64,000 nt of DNA from Octopus sinensis (GCF_006345805.1 NC_043010.1:11284001-11348000); one strand, 5' to 3'; counted from the stretch's first letter, positions 1 through 14,571 are shown. A program made the numbers and translations. Notes: generated from the letters alone by a model not told the origin.

Positions 1-116
1 GTGAAATGCATAATTCCATGGAATAGATATAGAGGATGGTCAGAATTGCTCCATCAGCATTGTCCTAGGGTTAAACGACAGCAACATTTATCTTCGCTGC
101 ATAGTATAGTATTTGT

Positions 117-279
117 ATGATTCACACACATATACACACACATACACACACACGCACATGTATTAAGATTACCTGTGTATTACATACACGCACAAACACA
201 CACATGAATATATGTGTGTGTGTATGTGTGTGTGTATATATATATATAAATGCATATGTATGTGTGTGTATATTTATGT

Positions 280-328
<49 letters not shown>

Positions 329-398
329 TACATACAAATGCTTAAATATATGTATATTTATGTATATATATAAATATATATATAATTATGTGTGTATT

Positions 399-431
<33 letters not shown>

Positions 432-560
432 GTAAATATATATGTAAATATATATATTTATATGTATATATATGATTGTATGTATGTATGTATGTATGTA
501 TGTATGTATGTATGTATGTATGTATGTATGCATGTGTGTATGTATGTGTGTGTGTGTATA
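117..560. repeat. Compound microsatellite (CA)n/(TA)n/(TATG)n
   Basis: Direct reading; source of the spurious HT/YI/MYVC ORFs. Confidence 0.95.
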
Positions 561-644
561 CTACAACGCAACAATGAATTATACCTGTGTAAGCATCATT
601 ATCATCGTGCCCATATTCAAACTGTTTTAAATCAAAAAAGAAAC

Positions 645-712
645 AATAACTCACTGACAGGAATTGAACCACCAATCTCTTATTTACCAGGAGTATGCTA
701 TCCATTACTTAT
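645..712 (-). pseudogene. Degenerate tRNA-like or SINE-head relic
   Basis: Minus strand reads AGTAATGGATAGCA...GGTTCAATTCC (A-box and B-box-like), but the acceptor and anticodon stems do not pair. Confidence 0.25.
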
Positions 713-1229
713 TGGGTATGTCTATCCATAGCAAACAAAAACTGATAATGGTGCTGATAGTTGTAGACGCAGTGTTCAAAAGATAAATGCTTATGTAGAC
801 GTATGAGGTAGAAAAAGAAAAACTTCAATCAAGTAAAAAGTATCATAACGTGCGTGTGTGGTACACATATACACATACACAAATAAAGAAATAACATATA
901 CACATACACAGATACACTCACATGCACACACACACACACACACACACACATGTGCTCACAAACAGTTAAGACCAATCATACACCATACATACATATATAT
1001 ATATATATATATACATGCACACATATATACATACATTCTACCTCAACAAATTCCATCTGACCCATGCAAGTATGGAAAAGTGGACGTTAAAACATCGCTG
1101 AAGATAACGGTGATGATGATGCGTGTGCGTGTGTGTGTACATAAACACATGTATATGATATGTGTATATGTATGTATATATAAGTAAGAGAAGGAAAGAA
1201 ATATACTTCAGTATCCACATTCAAACGCA

Positions 1230-1309
1230 CTTTCTAATCTAAGTTATCTTATATATATATATATAATATATATGTACATACATACATATATTACATACAT
1301 ATATATATA

Positions 1310-1385
<76 letters not shown>

Positions 1386-1810
1386 CATACAATACATACA
1401 TACATTCCGCCTCAGAAAATTCCGTCTGACCAAACAAGTGTGGAAAAGTGAATGTGTTAAAACGATGATAACGTTATTATATATACAAACACACATATAT
1501 ACACATACAGAGCGTACATGATATATATATATAATATATATATATATATACGTATTTATGTGTATATATATATGTATAAATATATATATAATATATTATA
1601 TATATATATATTATATATATATATATATAGACACAACAACACATATATACATACAGAGAGTACATGATAGATATACACCACACACATATATATTACATAA
1701 AATACGTAACATATACCCATACATACTTGCATACATACATACATGCATACATGTATTCATACATACATATATACATACATACATACGTACATACATACAT
1801 ACATACTTAC
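1230..1810. repeat. (TA)n/(CATA)n microsatellite field
   Basis: Direct reading. Confidence 0.9.
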
Positions 1811-2869
1811 ATATACCAACTCACTTACATGCACACGTATTCATGCGAAAGTAAAGAATTTCAAGCCAAAGAAATCCGCTTACTTGTAAGAATCCGTCCG
1901 ATGGGTCCCTGTTAGATTCTCACTGTATGTTCTTAAGAAGAGTTTCCAGTTATTCTGCAGACTTGGAGTGGTAAGAGAAGGAGATAGGTGTATGCATATG
2001 CTTGTGCGTATGTGCGTGTGTGTTTGTGTGTATGTATGTATGTATGTATGTATGTATGTATGTATGTATGTATGTGTGTATGTATTACAGTTTGTGCGAA
2101 TTTGTTATAATGTTGCCGTGTTGATAGTTTACAGACCGTAAGTTAAATGATCGGCTGGTTTAGAATAAATGCAAGAGAAAGATTGAGCGAGTGTTGTATT
2201 CGTGTAATGTGAAAGACGTTTAAGAGTGAGAGGAATCGAAACTGAAAGCGAAAGTAAAAGTAGCTTAGCGTCGAAGAGCGTGAGGGAAAGAGAGAGAGCA
2301 TGTGCTTCTGTTTATATGTCTATACACAATGAATGAATGGGTATGTCTCTCTATCTCTCTCTCTCTCTCGCTTTCTCTTTCTCTCCCTCTTTTTCTCTCT
2401 GTATACGTGCGTACGATTTTCTCAACTTATTGTAAGCTGTACGTATGTGATTCAGTGGGTGTATGTTCTCACCGTTTAGACGGTTACCTGTGTGTGTATG
2501 TTTATTTTCTTTTTTGTTTATAATGTATAAACGAGTGTATTCCTATACCGATGCGTGCATGTGTGTATTCTTATCGTATGAGTAGCGTTTGTTTATAATG
2601 TACGTGTGTGTGTGTGAATACTTACGAACTTGTGGTTCTTTTATATAAGTAAAAATGTGATGCGAGTCGGTGTTTGGTAAACTCTGTCTAATCCTGAATG
2701 CGCTTCGTTGTACAGGAGTCTATCGCTATGAATGTTCTCTCTCACTGCTTCTTAAACCGGCGCGTGTGAGTGTGTGCGCGTATCTGTGCATGTGTGCAGT
2801 TATACGCAAGTGCATCTATGCGTATGCGAGCCAGTGTCAGAATCCGGTAATGCTTTTTTAACTTAAGTA

Positions 2870-2905
2870 TGTGTATATATATATATAGATATATACATAT
2901 ATATC

Positions 2906-2937
<32 letters not shown>

Positions 2938-2985
2938 TAGATAGATAGATAGATAGATAGGTAGGTAGGTAGGTAGGTAGGTAGG

Positions 2986-3028
<43 letters not shown>

Positions 3029-3085
3029 GTAGGTAGGTAGGTAGGTAGGTAGGTAGATAGATAGATAGATAGATAGATAGATATG
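2870..3085. repeat. (GATA)n/(GGTA)n/(GACA)n tetranucleotide array
   Basis: Direct reading. Confidence 0.95.
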
Positions 3086-3270
3086 TTTCTTTATTAGCCA
3101 CACAGGGCTGCACACAGACAGGACAAAATTACAAGGTAAAGCTTTTCTTTTGGGGGTAAAAGAAGGGGGTTTGGTTTTCGATCAACAGGGATCGTAAATG
3201 GAAAGAAAGAGGACAAAATAAGGGGGGGATATAATTTTTTTAAAAAATGGTGGGGGGAAGGAAGAAAAAA
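3084..3270 (-). mobile_element. Probable LINE 3' end (L1/Tx1-like tail)
   Basis: Minus strand ends CTGTGTGGCTAATAAAGAAACATATC and runs into (TATC)n; sits between two (GATA)n tracts. Clade assignment is from recall only. Confidence 0.35.
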
Positions 3271-3280
3271 AAAGACAGAC

Positions 3281-3367
<87 letters not shown>

Positions 3368-3484
3368 CGTTTGTGAATATGTATCTATAAAAGCATGAAT
3401 ATGAGTTTTGACACTGCTTGTTTAAGTGCGCGCATGTTATGTGTCTCCGTACGATGTTTGTAGGAGTTCCTTTCTCTCTCTCTC

Positions 3485-3541
<57 letters not shown>

Positions 3542-3869
3542 TTCTTTCTCTTTCTCTCTTAGTATTTTCGTAACCTGTGGCTTTGGGAACAGTTCTGACT
3601 GAAGTTCGTTGTTCTGTTACGTTGTACGACCACTCACTGTATGCACTGATAGCTGTGGTCCTCAACTAAACACAATACTCAACACCACTGACCATTACAC
3701 TAGAACCACCGTCACCACCGTCACTACCATGACCACCACTTTTGTCATTATCTTTTAGTGCAGTCGCTAACCTCTACCAAATCTATTCGCACTTCTGGCC
3801 TGCCGTTTCTCACTCCACCTTTTTACCTAGCATTTCATAGACAAGCCATACACTTTCATACGCACGCAC

Positions 3870-4407
3870 GTATGCATGCATGCATGTATGTATGTATGCA
3901 TGCATGTATGTATGTATGTATGCATGTATGTATGTATGTATGTATGTATGTATGTATCTATGTATGTATGTATCTATGTATGTATGTATGTATGGATGGA
4001 TGGATGGATGGATGGATGGATGTATGTGCATGTATGTATGTATGTATGTATGTATGTATGTATGTATGTATGGATGGATGGATGGATGTATGTACGTATG
4101 TACGTATGTTTGTATGTATGTATGTATGTATGTATGTACGTATGTACGTATGTATGTATGTATGTATGTATGTATGTATGTATGTATGTATGTATGTATG
4201 TATGTACGTACGTATGTAAGTTATATAGTATGTATGTATGTATGTATGTATGTATGTATGTATGTATGTATGTATGTATGCATGCATGCACGTATGTATG
4301 TATGTATGTATACATATGTACGTGTGCGTGTGTGTGTGTGTGTGTGTATTACTGTTTTAACGTTTTGATATGTACATCTCTTTCAGATATATGAACTACT
4401 GACGATG

Positions 4408-4448
<41 letters not shown>

Positions 4449-4660
4449 ACACACACATATATATATATATATCTAAGACAATTCAAATAAATAGAGAACG
4501 ATACATCTGCGGAGTTTTTGCTATTACAGTCATAAATACAGGTGTGTGTGTGAACATATATATGTGTGTATGTATGTATGTATGTATGTGTGTATGTATG
4601 TATGTATGTATGTATGTATGTATGTATGTGTGTATGTATGTATGTATGTATGTATGTATG
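3870..4660. repeat. (TATG)n/(TGGA)n/(CA)n microsatellite field
   Basis: Direct reading. Confidence 0.95.
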
Positions 4661-4890
4661 TACATGGGTGCAGGTGTGTGTGTGTACTTCGCCAAAGTTG
4701 GTTCGATCGAAGTTGATTACTTTCATATGATATACTCAATACAAAAAGGCAAGTTTAGAGCTTCGTATATTTCTTATTCAAAAGTTTGCTCTTCATACGT
4801 ACATGCATACATTCATACCCTACATACATGCATACTTACAAACAAACAGACAGCTTGATAGATAGATATAGCATATATATATATATATAT

Positions 4891-4928
<38 letters not shown>

Positions 4929-4991
4929 TTAGCGTCCGTTTTCCATGCTAGCATGGGTTGGACGGTTTAACTGGGGTCTGTGAAGCCGGGA
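4891..4991 (-). mobile_element. Family C retroposon 3' end, (GAT)n tail (RTE-like)
   Basis: (CAT)n-TTTAGCGTCCGTTTTCCATGCTAGCATGGGTTGGACGG is shared with 27718, 35907, 38124 and 62236. Confidence 0.8.
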
Positions 4992-5050
4992 ATATTATAT
5001 ATATATATAGTGTCTGTCTATCTATCAATCTATCTATCTATCTATTTATA

Positions 5051-5106
<56 letters not shown>

Positions 5107-5136
5107 GTCTGTCTATCTAAACTATCTACTATCTAG

Positions 5137-5178
<42 letters not shown>

Positions 5179-5225
5179 ATATATGTGTTGTGTGTGTGTG
5201 TGTGGTGGTATGTATGTATATATAT

Positions 5226-5362
5226 ATCACTTCCCAAAAACACATAGTTCTGGGTTCAGTCCCACTGTGTGGCACCTTGGGCAAGTGTCTTCTACTATAG
5301 CCATGGGCCAACCAAAGCCTTGTGAGTGGATTTGGTAAATGGAAACTTAAAGAAGCCCGTTG
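5226..5362 (+). mobile_element. SINE A, 5' half
   Basis: GGGTTCAGTCCCACTG...CCTTGGGCAAGTGTCTTCT...GCCTTGTGAGTGGATTTGG. Confidence 0.85.
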
Positions 5363-5374
5363 TGTGTGTGTGTG

Positions 5375-5429
<55 letters not shown>

Positions 5430-5431
5430 TG

Positions 5432-5472
<41 letters not shown>

Positions 5473-5835
5473 CTCAAAACCAGGCACAGCCACATTAACA
5501 AACATGCTTTCTTTTTCTACAAGTGTAAACAGTTGTAACAGAAAGATAAGTTTATGACAAACTGATAAGTCAGTCATTTGATAAATAGAGATTGATGAAA
5601 TATGTATCACTATTAAAGAAGTCCTTGGGGCTGGGGCTGATCTCATGTACAAAACTCTTGAAGGATATGTCGCAGGCTGGTCTTAGTCCACTGTCTGAGT
5701 CCAAAGTCCAATACAACAATATGTAACTATGTATTTACTAGTGAATGAACACATACACACATACACATACAGATGTGCACACATGCACCCCCCTTACACA
5801 CACACAGAGCTTACATATATATAAAAATGTATATA

Positions 5836-6243
5836 GGCGCAGGAGTGGCTGTGTGGTAAGTAGCTTGCTAACCAACCACATGGTTGCGGGTTCAGTCCCA
5901 CTGCATGGCATCTTGGGCAAGTGTCTTCTGCTATAGCTCCGGACCGACCAATGCCTTGTGAGTGGATTTGGTAGACGGAAGCTGAAAGAAGCCTGTCGTA
6001 TATATGTATATATATATGTGTGTGTGTGTGTGTTTGTGTGTCTGTGTTTGTCCCCCTAGCATTGCTTGACAACTGATGCTGGTGTGTTTAAGTCCCCATC
6101 ACTTAGTGGTTCGGCAAAAGAGACCGATAGAATAAGTACTGGGCTTACAAAAAATAAGTCTCGGGTTGATTTGCTCGACTAAAGGCGGTGCTCCAGCATG
6201 GCTACAGTCAAATGACTGAAACAAGTAAAAGAGAGAGTAAGAG
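5836..6243 (+). mobile_element. SINE A, full length (tRNA-derived head, internal microsatellite)
   Basis: GGCGCAGGAGTGGCTGTGTGGTAAG (A box) and GGTTCAGTCCC (B box); tail GACTGAAACAAGTAAAAGAG; many near-identical copies in the window. Confidence 0.93.
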
Positions 6244-6529
6244 TATAGCTATGTAGAGTTAATTATAATTATACCTGATCATGTATTTAATTAACTGTGT
6301 GGTTTTATGTCTATGTTCGTGTGCATGTATGTATATGCATGTGTATGTATGTATGTATATATGTATGCATGTATGTAAACATATAATGTTGTGAGTGTTG
6401 GGATTGTGTGTATATATGAATGATAATAAAATCCTTTATTTTTGTTTGTGTACAATCTATATCTATATAAATACACAAGTTTATAAATATACCTAAATCT
6501 ATATAGGATATATACGCACGTGTGTACAT

Positions 6530-6537
6530 GGGTGTAT

Positions 6538-6577
<40 letters not shown>

Positions 6578-6984
6578 GTCATGTATATTTATATATATAA
6601 ATAAGTTTTATATATATATATTATAAATATAGTTATACATATATAGCCTGTATATATATATACATACATATATATATATATAATTATATATATATATATA
6701 TACTGGCATATATATATATGCCTGTAATTATAATATTTGCACAAGCTCTTAAATATTCTGGTATACACCCACATATGCAATAAACAAATATATAATTATC
6801 TCTGTGTGTATGCATATGCAAGCATATACATATGGATGAGTAAATATGTACACATAGCTATGTATGTGTATATATATAAATATATATGTAGATAGCTAGG
6901 TAGCTAGATAGATACACACACACATACATGCGCACGTGCATCCACACACATATACACACACACAAATATATATATCAATCAGTT

Positions 6985-7025
<41 letters not shown>

Positions 7026-7332
7026 ATGTATGTATGTATCTATAAATCTATATATTTGTAGGTGTGTATTTATATACAAACACACACACACATACGCACA
7101 TATACACACATACAGTTTTTATTGATTTGAAAACAAATGTATATATGAATGTCAATATTTTCTGATTTCAATAGATGTAGACATATTTCTCTGCTCTCAC
7201 AAACACTCCAATAAAGTTTCACATAAATGCATACATCTAAGCACATAAAAGCCATGCTTCAATCTAAATTAATTCAAATAAATGTATACATTATGTGCGC
7301 ATATTTATGCATATATATACATATATGGGTGT

Positions 7333-7371
<39 letters not shown>

Positions 7372-7393
7372 GTTTGTGTGTATATGTATTTAA

Positions 7394-7425
<32 letters not shown>

Positions 7426-7708
7426 TGTTGTTGTTGTCTATATATATATATATAAAGATATATAGATATATATATATATATATATATGTTTGTGTGATAT
7501 ATATATATATATAAATATATATATATACATATATATAGGTATGTATGTACATACATAGATATATACACACACACACATATATGTATATGTATGTATGTAT
7601 ATATATATACATATATATATATATGTATAGACATACATACATACATGCACACATACATACATACATGCATGCATACATCATACATACATACATACATACA
7701 TACATACA

Positions 7709-7742
<34 letters not shown>

Positions 7743-7801
7743 CATACATGCATACATACATACATACATACGTACATACATACATAATAATATATTTATA
7801 T

Positions 7802-7849
<48 letters not shown>

Positions 7850-7860
7850 CACATATGTAT
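6530..7860. repeat. (TA)n/(CATA)n microsatellite field
   Basis: Direct reading. Confidence 0.9.
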
Positions 7861-8919
7861 ATATTGGAATGAATGAATGAATGAAACCAAAGAATATTTA
7901 TTACATAATGCTGGCTAGAAAATGGCTTCCTAAATATAACTGTTCATAAATGAGAACAAAGAATTGATGCAGAGAAAAAAAAAAAAAACATAGAAGAACA
8001 GAAAGGATTTTGCAAACAACTTTTCCAGAAAACTATTTGTTATATAAATTCTATATATATGAAAATTTCTATATCTATGTATAGTTTATTAATTGAAATG
8101 AAATTATTCCATGTTATCTGGTAGGAGATGTGGAATACTAAATATAGTTTTAGATTGCTGGCATGATACAAAGATCAAAATATCTGTTGTTGTTTTTTTT
8201 TTATATCTTAATTTATATTTTTTTCTGGATAATATTGAATAAAAATGAAAAAAATATTGGAGGAAGAAATTAATTTTCATTTTATAAATTAATTTTTATT
8301 CAATTTTCTTCTATTTTTATTTTTAATATTTCATTTAATCTTTCTAGCTGTTTATTTCTATGACAACTATTGATGACTTTTGGAGAGATCCTAAGATAGA
8401 TTTTCCTTCCAAAAATCTGTCCCTCAGTGTCTGAAAACATTATGAGTTTAATATGACTACTCAATACATAGATTATCTCTGGAAATTGGAACAAAATTTC
8501 TTCATCCTTAAATGGATTTCAGATTTTAAAACCATTAATTTTGAAAGAAACTAAGCTCTACAATATTTTTCTCTGATTCACCATTATTATCATTGTTAAT
8601 TGTTTATTATATTTCGCATTTTTCCTTTTTATTGTAATCATCATTATTATTATTATTATTGTTATTTTTTTATTTTTTTCTGATTTCTAAATTAGAAAGA
8701 ATTTTCTGGAATCTGATAAGCTATTTCTAATGAAATATATTGGCAGTAATTCATTATCAAACTATATAACTATTCATCTAGTGAACAGGAAAATAATTAA
8801 TGGTCGTGATAAAATGCTGCAGATTTGCACAGATTTTGCTTTATTTCTCATTTTATCGTTTAAATAGCAAAGATGTTGTTTAAATGATGGCAAATTTGTA
8901 GCTTTTAAATAACTTCTAG

Positions 8920-9334
8920 CTCTCTCTCTCTCTTTATCTCTCTCGCTCTATCTATGTATCTCTTTCTCTTTTAACCTTCTCTTCTTTCTCTTTCTCCCCC
9001 CTCTCTCTCTCTCATTTCCTTTTTCTCACATTCTCTTTCCTTTATCTTCTCTTCCAATCTTTATATATTTATTTCTTCCACCCCCCCAGTCTTATTTTTA
9101 TCCATCTATTCTCCCCCCCCCACCTCCCAATCATATTTGCATTCTGAAACAGCTCTTTCTTTACTCCTCCTCCTCCCCTCCTTATTTTTCCCTTCTTTCT
9201 CTTTTTCTTCTTTTTCTCTGTCTCCTTTTATTTCATTGTCATTGTTTTCCATCTTTTTCTCTTTTCTTTTTCCCTCATGTTTTTCTCTTTCTTTTTTTTT
9301 GTCTCTATTAATGTCTTTTGTCTTCACTTCTCTC

Positions 9335-9365
<31 letters not shown>

Positions 9366-9430
9366 CATTCCATCTCTTTCTCTCTCTCTCTCTCATTCTC
9401 TATCTCTTTCTCTCTTTCTCTCTCGCTCGC
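8920..9430. repeat. (CT)n-rich polypyrimidine tract
   Basis: Direct reading; about 500 bp of strongly skewed C/T. Confidence 0.9.
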
Positions 9431-10136
9431 TCTTTCTCTCTCTCTCATATTTACTCTCCTGCTAATTGCTTTCAAATTTTTGGTAATGACAAAAAAAGAA
9501 AAGACAAAACAAAACAAACAAAAAAACAAAACAAAACAAAACAAAATAGTCACAAGTAAAAACACAAAATAAATAGTAAAACTGAAAAATTTGCTCGATG
9601 CATCACATTTTAATTTCATTTTAGGTTAATGCCGTTAGTGGCAATTTAACTAACATTAATACAGTTTATCATAGTGTTGAATTTATCTTAATTTTGGCCT
9701 CACTTCAATGATATTAGTTCAACGTTAACTTTGCTGAGAAATAAAACAAAATTCAATGCTTTATTGAAATCAAATTGATGTACTTGTTATTCTTGATGTT
9801 TTTTTTTTTAGTTAGTTGTTCTTCTCTGTTGTTGTTGTTGTTGTTATTGCTATTGGTGTTGGTGCCAGTATATTAGTTATGGCGATGGTGGTTGTTATTG
9901 TATTAGCATTGTTGTAGTCGTTACCGTTTTGTCATAAATTCTCCTTAACGGAACAACTCTGAATTGTCAAGATTTTTAAAAGAGACTAAATTCCTCGATA
10001 TAATTGGTAATCTGAAACTGACCGTTCCATACCGTAGCATAACATGCCATACATCCCACCTCATCACACCTCATCACACCTTATTTTTCTCGTACATTAT
10101 TGTATGTTCCCAATTTCAGCTTTACATTTCCTGTGT

Positions 10137-10236
10137 NNNNNNNNNNNNNNNNNNNNNNNNNNNNNNNNNNNNNNNNNNNNNNNNNNNNNNNNNNNNNNNN
10201 NNNNNNNNNNNNNNNNNNNNNNNNNNNNNNNNNNNN
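10137..10236. other. Assembly gap (100 N)
   Basis: 100 consecutive N; the true size is unknown. Confidence 1.
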
Positions 10237-10331
10237 TTCTTCCAATTCATCTCACCAGAAAATGGGTACCAACTTGCAGTGTATATATATATATATATCT
10301 ATACACACATATATATATATATATTATAGTG

Positions 10332-10370
<39 letters not shown>

Positions 10371-10372
10371 AT

Positions 10373-10422
<50 letters not shown>

Positions 10423-10443
10423 AATATATATATATATATATAT

Positions 10444-10497
<54 letters not shown>

Positions 10498-10671
10498 TAT
10501 GCATACATATGTACATATATAATCCGTTGATTATTTTTTTTGTTTTTTTTGTTTTTTCTCTTTACTTCAACAAATGGTGAAAATAACTTCTCCCTCGGTG
10601 GACATAATAAATGGGGGTAAATTAAAGACTAAGAAAATACTTTTTTATCATCTATCTGTCAGGACAGCAGA

Positions 10672-10768
10672 TAATAATAATAATAATAATAACAATAATG
10701 ATGATGATGATGATGATAATGATGATGATGATAATAATAATAATAATAATAATAATAATATAATAATA

Positions 10769-10803
<35 letters not shown>

Positions 10804-10861
10804 AATAATAATAATAATAATAAAAATAATAATAATAATGATGATGATGATGATGATGTTG

Positions 10862-10897
<36 letters not shown>

Positions 10898-10977
10898 TGA
10901 TGATGATGATGATGATGATAATAATAATAATAATAATAAAAATAATAATAATAATGATGATGATGATGATGATGTTG

Positions 10978-11019
<42 letters not shown>

Positions 11020-11020
11020 T
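10672..11020. repeat. Alternating (ATA)n/(ATG)n blocks forming a higher-order repeat
   Basis: ATAATAAAAATAATA...GATGATGTTGATA recurs near 10820 and 10935. Confidence 0.9.
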
Positions 11021-11749
11021 GAAGCGTAGTATAAAAAAAAATTGAATTATTAGTGTGCTGGTCATGATTGACAAAAGTTTAGGTCAAATAAACTGGAATA
11101 TTATGATGAAGCAACTGATGAGGTAGACACGTCGAATGTATAGGATAGCTCTAAATGGTTCAATCTGTTGGAGAAGATTTGTAAAGAATTTTTATTACCA
11201 AAAGTCTGGTACTTGTTCTTCCAAGCAATAGTTCTTGTTGCCAGTGATGAGTTGTGTAGCGATTTGCAGAGGAAATTCTATAACTTATAATATCATTTAC
11301 TTCCAAATGGAATCTGTTTAGTAGATCAGCTTGAGTGCAGTATGTAAGAAATATGGTATCTTTTTGATCTCTGCGTGTTCACCTGCTGTGAATCTTTGAG
11401 AAAAAAAACATTTCCTTCTCGTTGAGCATATTATCTTCTTTTCCGAATGCAGCGTAAGGTAAGAATTTTTTTTCTTTCTTTTTCCCTTTTTTTTTTTTTA
11501 TTTTTTATTTTTTATTTTTTTTGTTACCAGGGAGGAGGGACGTTTGATGTAATGTTATTATTTCCATCTTGATCGGCTCATCAAAATATTGCTAGATGAT
11601 AATGATGGTAATGATGATGATGATGATGATGATGGTGATGGTGATGACGATGGTGATGACAATGATAATGACAATGACGATGATGTCAATGATGAGATTA
11701 ACAAGAAAATCATTATAACATTGATAAATTGAATAAAGATAAGACAAAA

Positions 11750-11750
11750 A

Positions 11751-11802
<52 letters not shown>

Positions 11803-12231
11803 TAAATATATGTATATAGGTATGTATATATATCTATATATGTATATATACATGCATACTATATAATCATATATGTATATATATGTGTATGTATGTATAT
11901 ATATATATCTATATGTATGTCTGTATGTCTGTATCTATATATATATATATTTATTCATATATATATATATATATGTATGTATATATATAAATATATATGT
12001 ATATATATATATGTATGTCTGTATGTATGTATCTATATACATACATGTATTCATATATATATATTTATATAATATATATATGTATATATATCTATCTATA
12101 TATATATATATACACACACACATATATGTATGTATATATATGGTATATATATATATTCATATATATTCATATATGTATGTATATATATATATGTGTGTAT
12201 ATATATAAATATATATATATATATCAGTATG

Positions 12232-12263
<32 letters not shown>

Positions 12264-12300
12264 CATACGTGCATATACATACATGCATATACATACATGC
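11750..12300. repeat. (TA)n/(TATG)n microsatellite field
   Basis: Direct reading. Confidence 0.9.
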
Positions 12301-12624
12301 AAGGACTTAGAAATGACAAACAGCAATGACAACGGTTATAATGGTGGTGGCGGTGTTGGTGCTGGTGCTGGTGCTGGACAATCATGACAAAGGCACTGCA
12401 GAAGAAAAAGAAGAGAAACACAGAAAGAGAAGAATAAGGATGAAAAAGCGAATGCCATTGCTGTTTGATGGTCAGACTGACCACCACCTGCCGATAATGA
12501 CAACTAACTTTTCCTTACCACTCAAATAATGGCTCATACCTTTCTTTGTGATTTGCATCTCCTGATGGATAACAGGAGGAGGTATTCAAAGAGAATTTCT
12601 ATTTCGCCACCACCAAAACCACCA

Positions 12625-13300
12625 CACCACCACCACCACCACCACCACTACTGCCATCACCGTCATGCGCCTGCAACCACCATCACAACCACTGTTGTCA
12701 CCATCACCACCATCGTAGCAACCGTGATCACCATCACTGCTATCACCGTCTTAATCACTATTACCACCGTCTTCACAACCACCACACCACCACCACCACC
12801 ACCACCACTACTACCACCACCTTCACCATTACCACCACCACCATCACTATACCACCACTAAGTTCACCACCACCACCACCACCACTATCATCTTGACCAC
12901 TATTACCACCATCATCACCACTGCCACCACAACCACCAACACAACTGCCACCACCACCACCACCAACACCATCACCACCGCCACCACCACCCCACCACCA
13001 CCACCACCACCATCACCAACACCACTACCGCTGCCACCGTCACCACCACAGGCAGCACTACAACCACCACCACCACCACCTTCACCATTACCACCACCAT
13101 CACTATACCACCACTAACTTCACCACCACCACCACCACCACCACCACCACTATCATCTTGACCACTATTACCACCATCATCACCACAACCAGCACAACCA
13201 CCAACACAACTGCCAACACCATCACCACCGCCACCACCACCACCACCATCACCAGCACCACCACCGCTGCCACCGCCACCACCACAGACAACCACTGCAA
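12625..13300. repeat. (CAC)n cryptic trinucleotide field with a ~260-bp internal duplication
   Basis: CCTTCACCATTACCACC...ATCTTGACCACTATT occurs at about 12820 and 13080. Confidence 0.9.
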
Positions 13301-13749
13301 CCATTACGACAACCGGGCTCATATGATATTCACAGACATCCATCAAATATGAAATATACAGTTCATATTTACAGTTGCACACACACGCACACACACACAC
13401 ACACACACACCACATCACACACACATACACGCACGCATATACATTCACGCAAGCAATATGCCTAACACATACATACATACATACATACATACACGCACGC
13501 ACGCATATTAATACAACTGCCAATAAAGAATCTCTGGACAATGTCAGCAAAGGAAGCTGCAAACTTCATTGGCAGGTGGATGATTACAAGCAAGTTGGGG
13601 GGGAGGAGAGAGAGGGTGGGGTGGGGGTGGGGTCTTGAGAGGGGGGTGGGTGAATGTATGAGCTCCTGCTGGAGCTGATATCGGTGGCTGTAAGCTTGAT
13701 TGAAAAAAAAAAAAAAAGAAGAAAAAAGCAAGGAACTATATTGCTATTC

Positions 13750-14270
13750 ACAATGATGATGAGGATGATGGTGATGATGATGACGATGATGATGGGGATG
13801 ACATTGACCAAGACTTTCAACAATCAGGATGACCACGATGAGGGTGACAATGTAGATGATGCTGATGACGGTAGTTGTGGTGGTGATGGTGATGGTGATG
13901 GTAGTAGTGGTGATGGTGGTCAGGTCGACGAAGATGATGGTGATGTCGATGATGATGATGATGATGGTTGTGGTGGTGGTGGTGATGGTGATGGTAGTAG
14001 TGGTGATGGTGGTCAGGTCGACGAAGATGATGGTGATGTCGATGATGATGATGATGATGGTTGTGGTGGTGGTGGTGGTGGTGGTTATAACGACAATGAT
14101 GACGATGATGATGATTGTGGTTGGTGGTGGTGGTGGTGTCGATGGTAGTGGCTGTGTTGACTGGTGGTAGTGACCGTAGGGCTACTGCCACTAATGTAAT
14201 GATGATGATGGCTGTGGTGGTGGTAGTACTGAGGGTGGTTGTGGTGGTGATGATGAGTTTTAGGATGATG

Positions 14271-14310
<40 letters not shown>

Positions 14311-14390
14311 CAACAGTAGTAGTGATGGTGGTGTTGGTGGGGGTATTGAAGGTGGCAGCAGTGGCAGTAGTGGCAGTAGTGGCAGTGGTA
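13750..14390. repeat. (GGT/GAT)n cryptic trinucleotide field with ~78-bp repeats
   Basis: GGTCAGGTCGACGAAGATGATGG occurs at about 13918 and 14010. Confidence 0.85.
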
Positions 14391-14571
14391 GTAAAAATTA
14401 TGTTCTCTGAAAGCAAGAGAGAGAGCAAGAAATCACGGTCAAACATATCTAAAGAAAATTATTGCTGTGTCTTGTGCGCGAGAGATTCCATTATGATTTA
14501 TCAGGAATATCTTCACTGACATTTTTTTTCTGTTCTTTTTTTCTTTTTTCTTTTTTCATTTTCTTTTTCCT

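Noticed and set aside
1948-1976. Possible 10- or 21-nt micro-exon (CAG|...GAGTG|GTAAGA)
   Set aside because: Such motifs occur often by chance and cannot be supported without RNA data.
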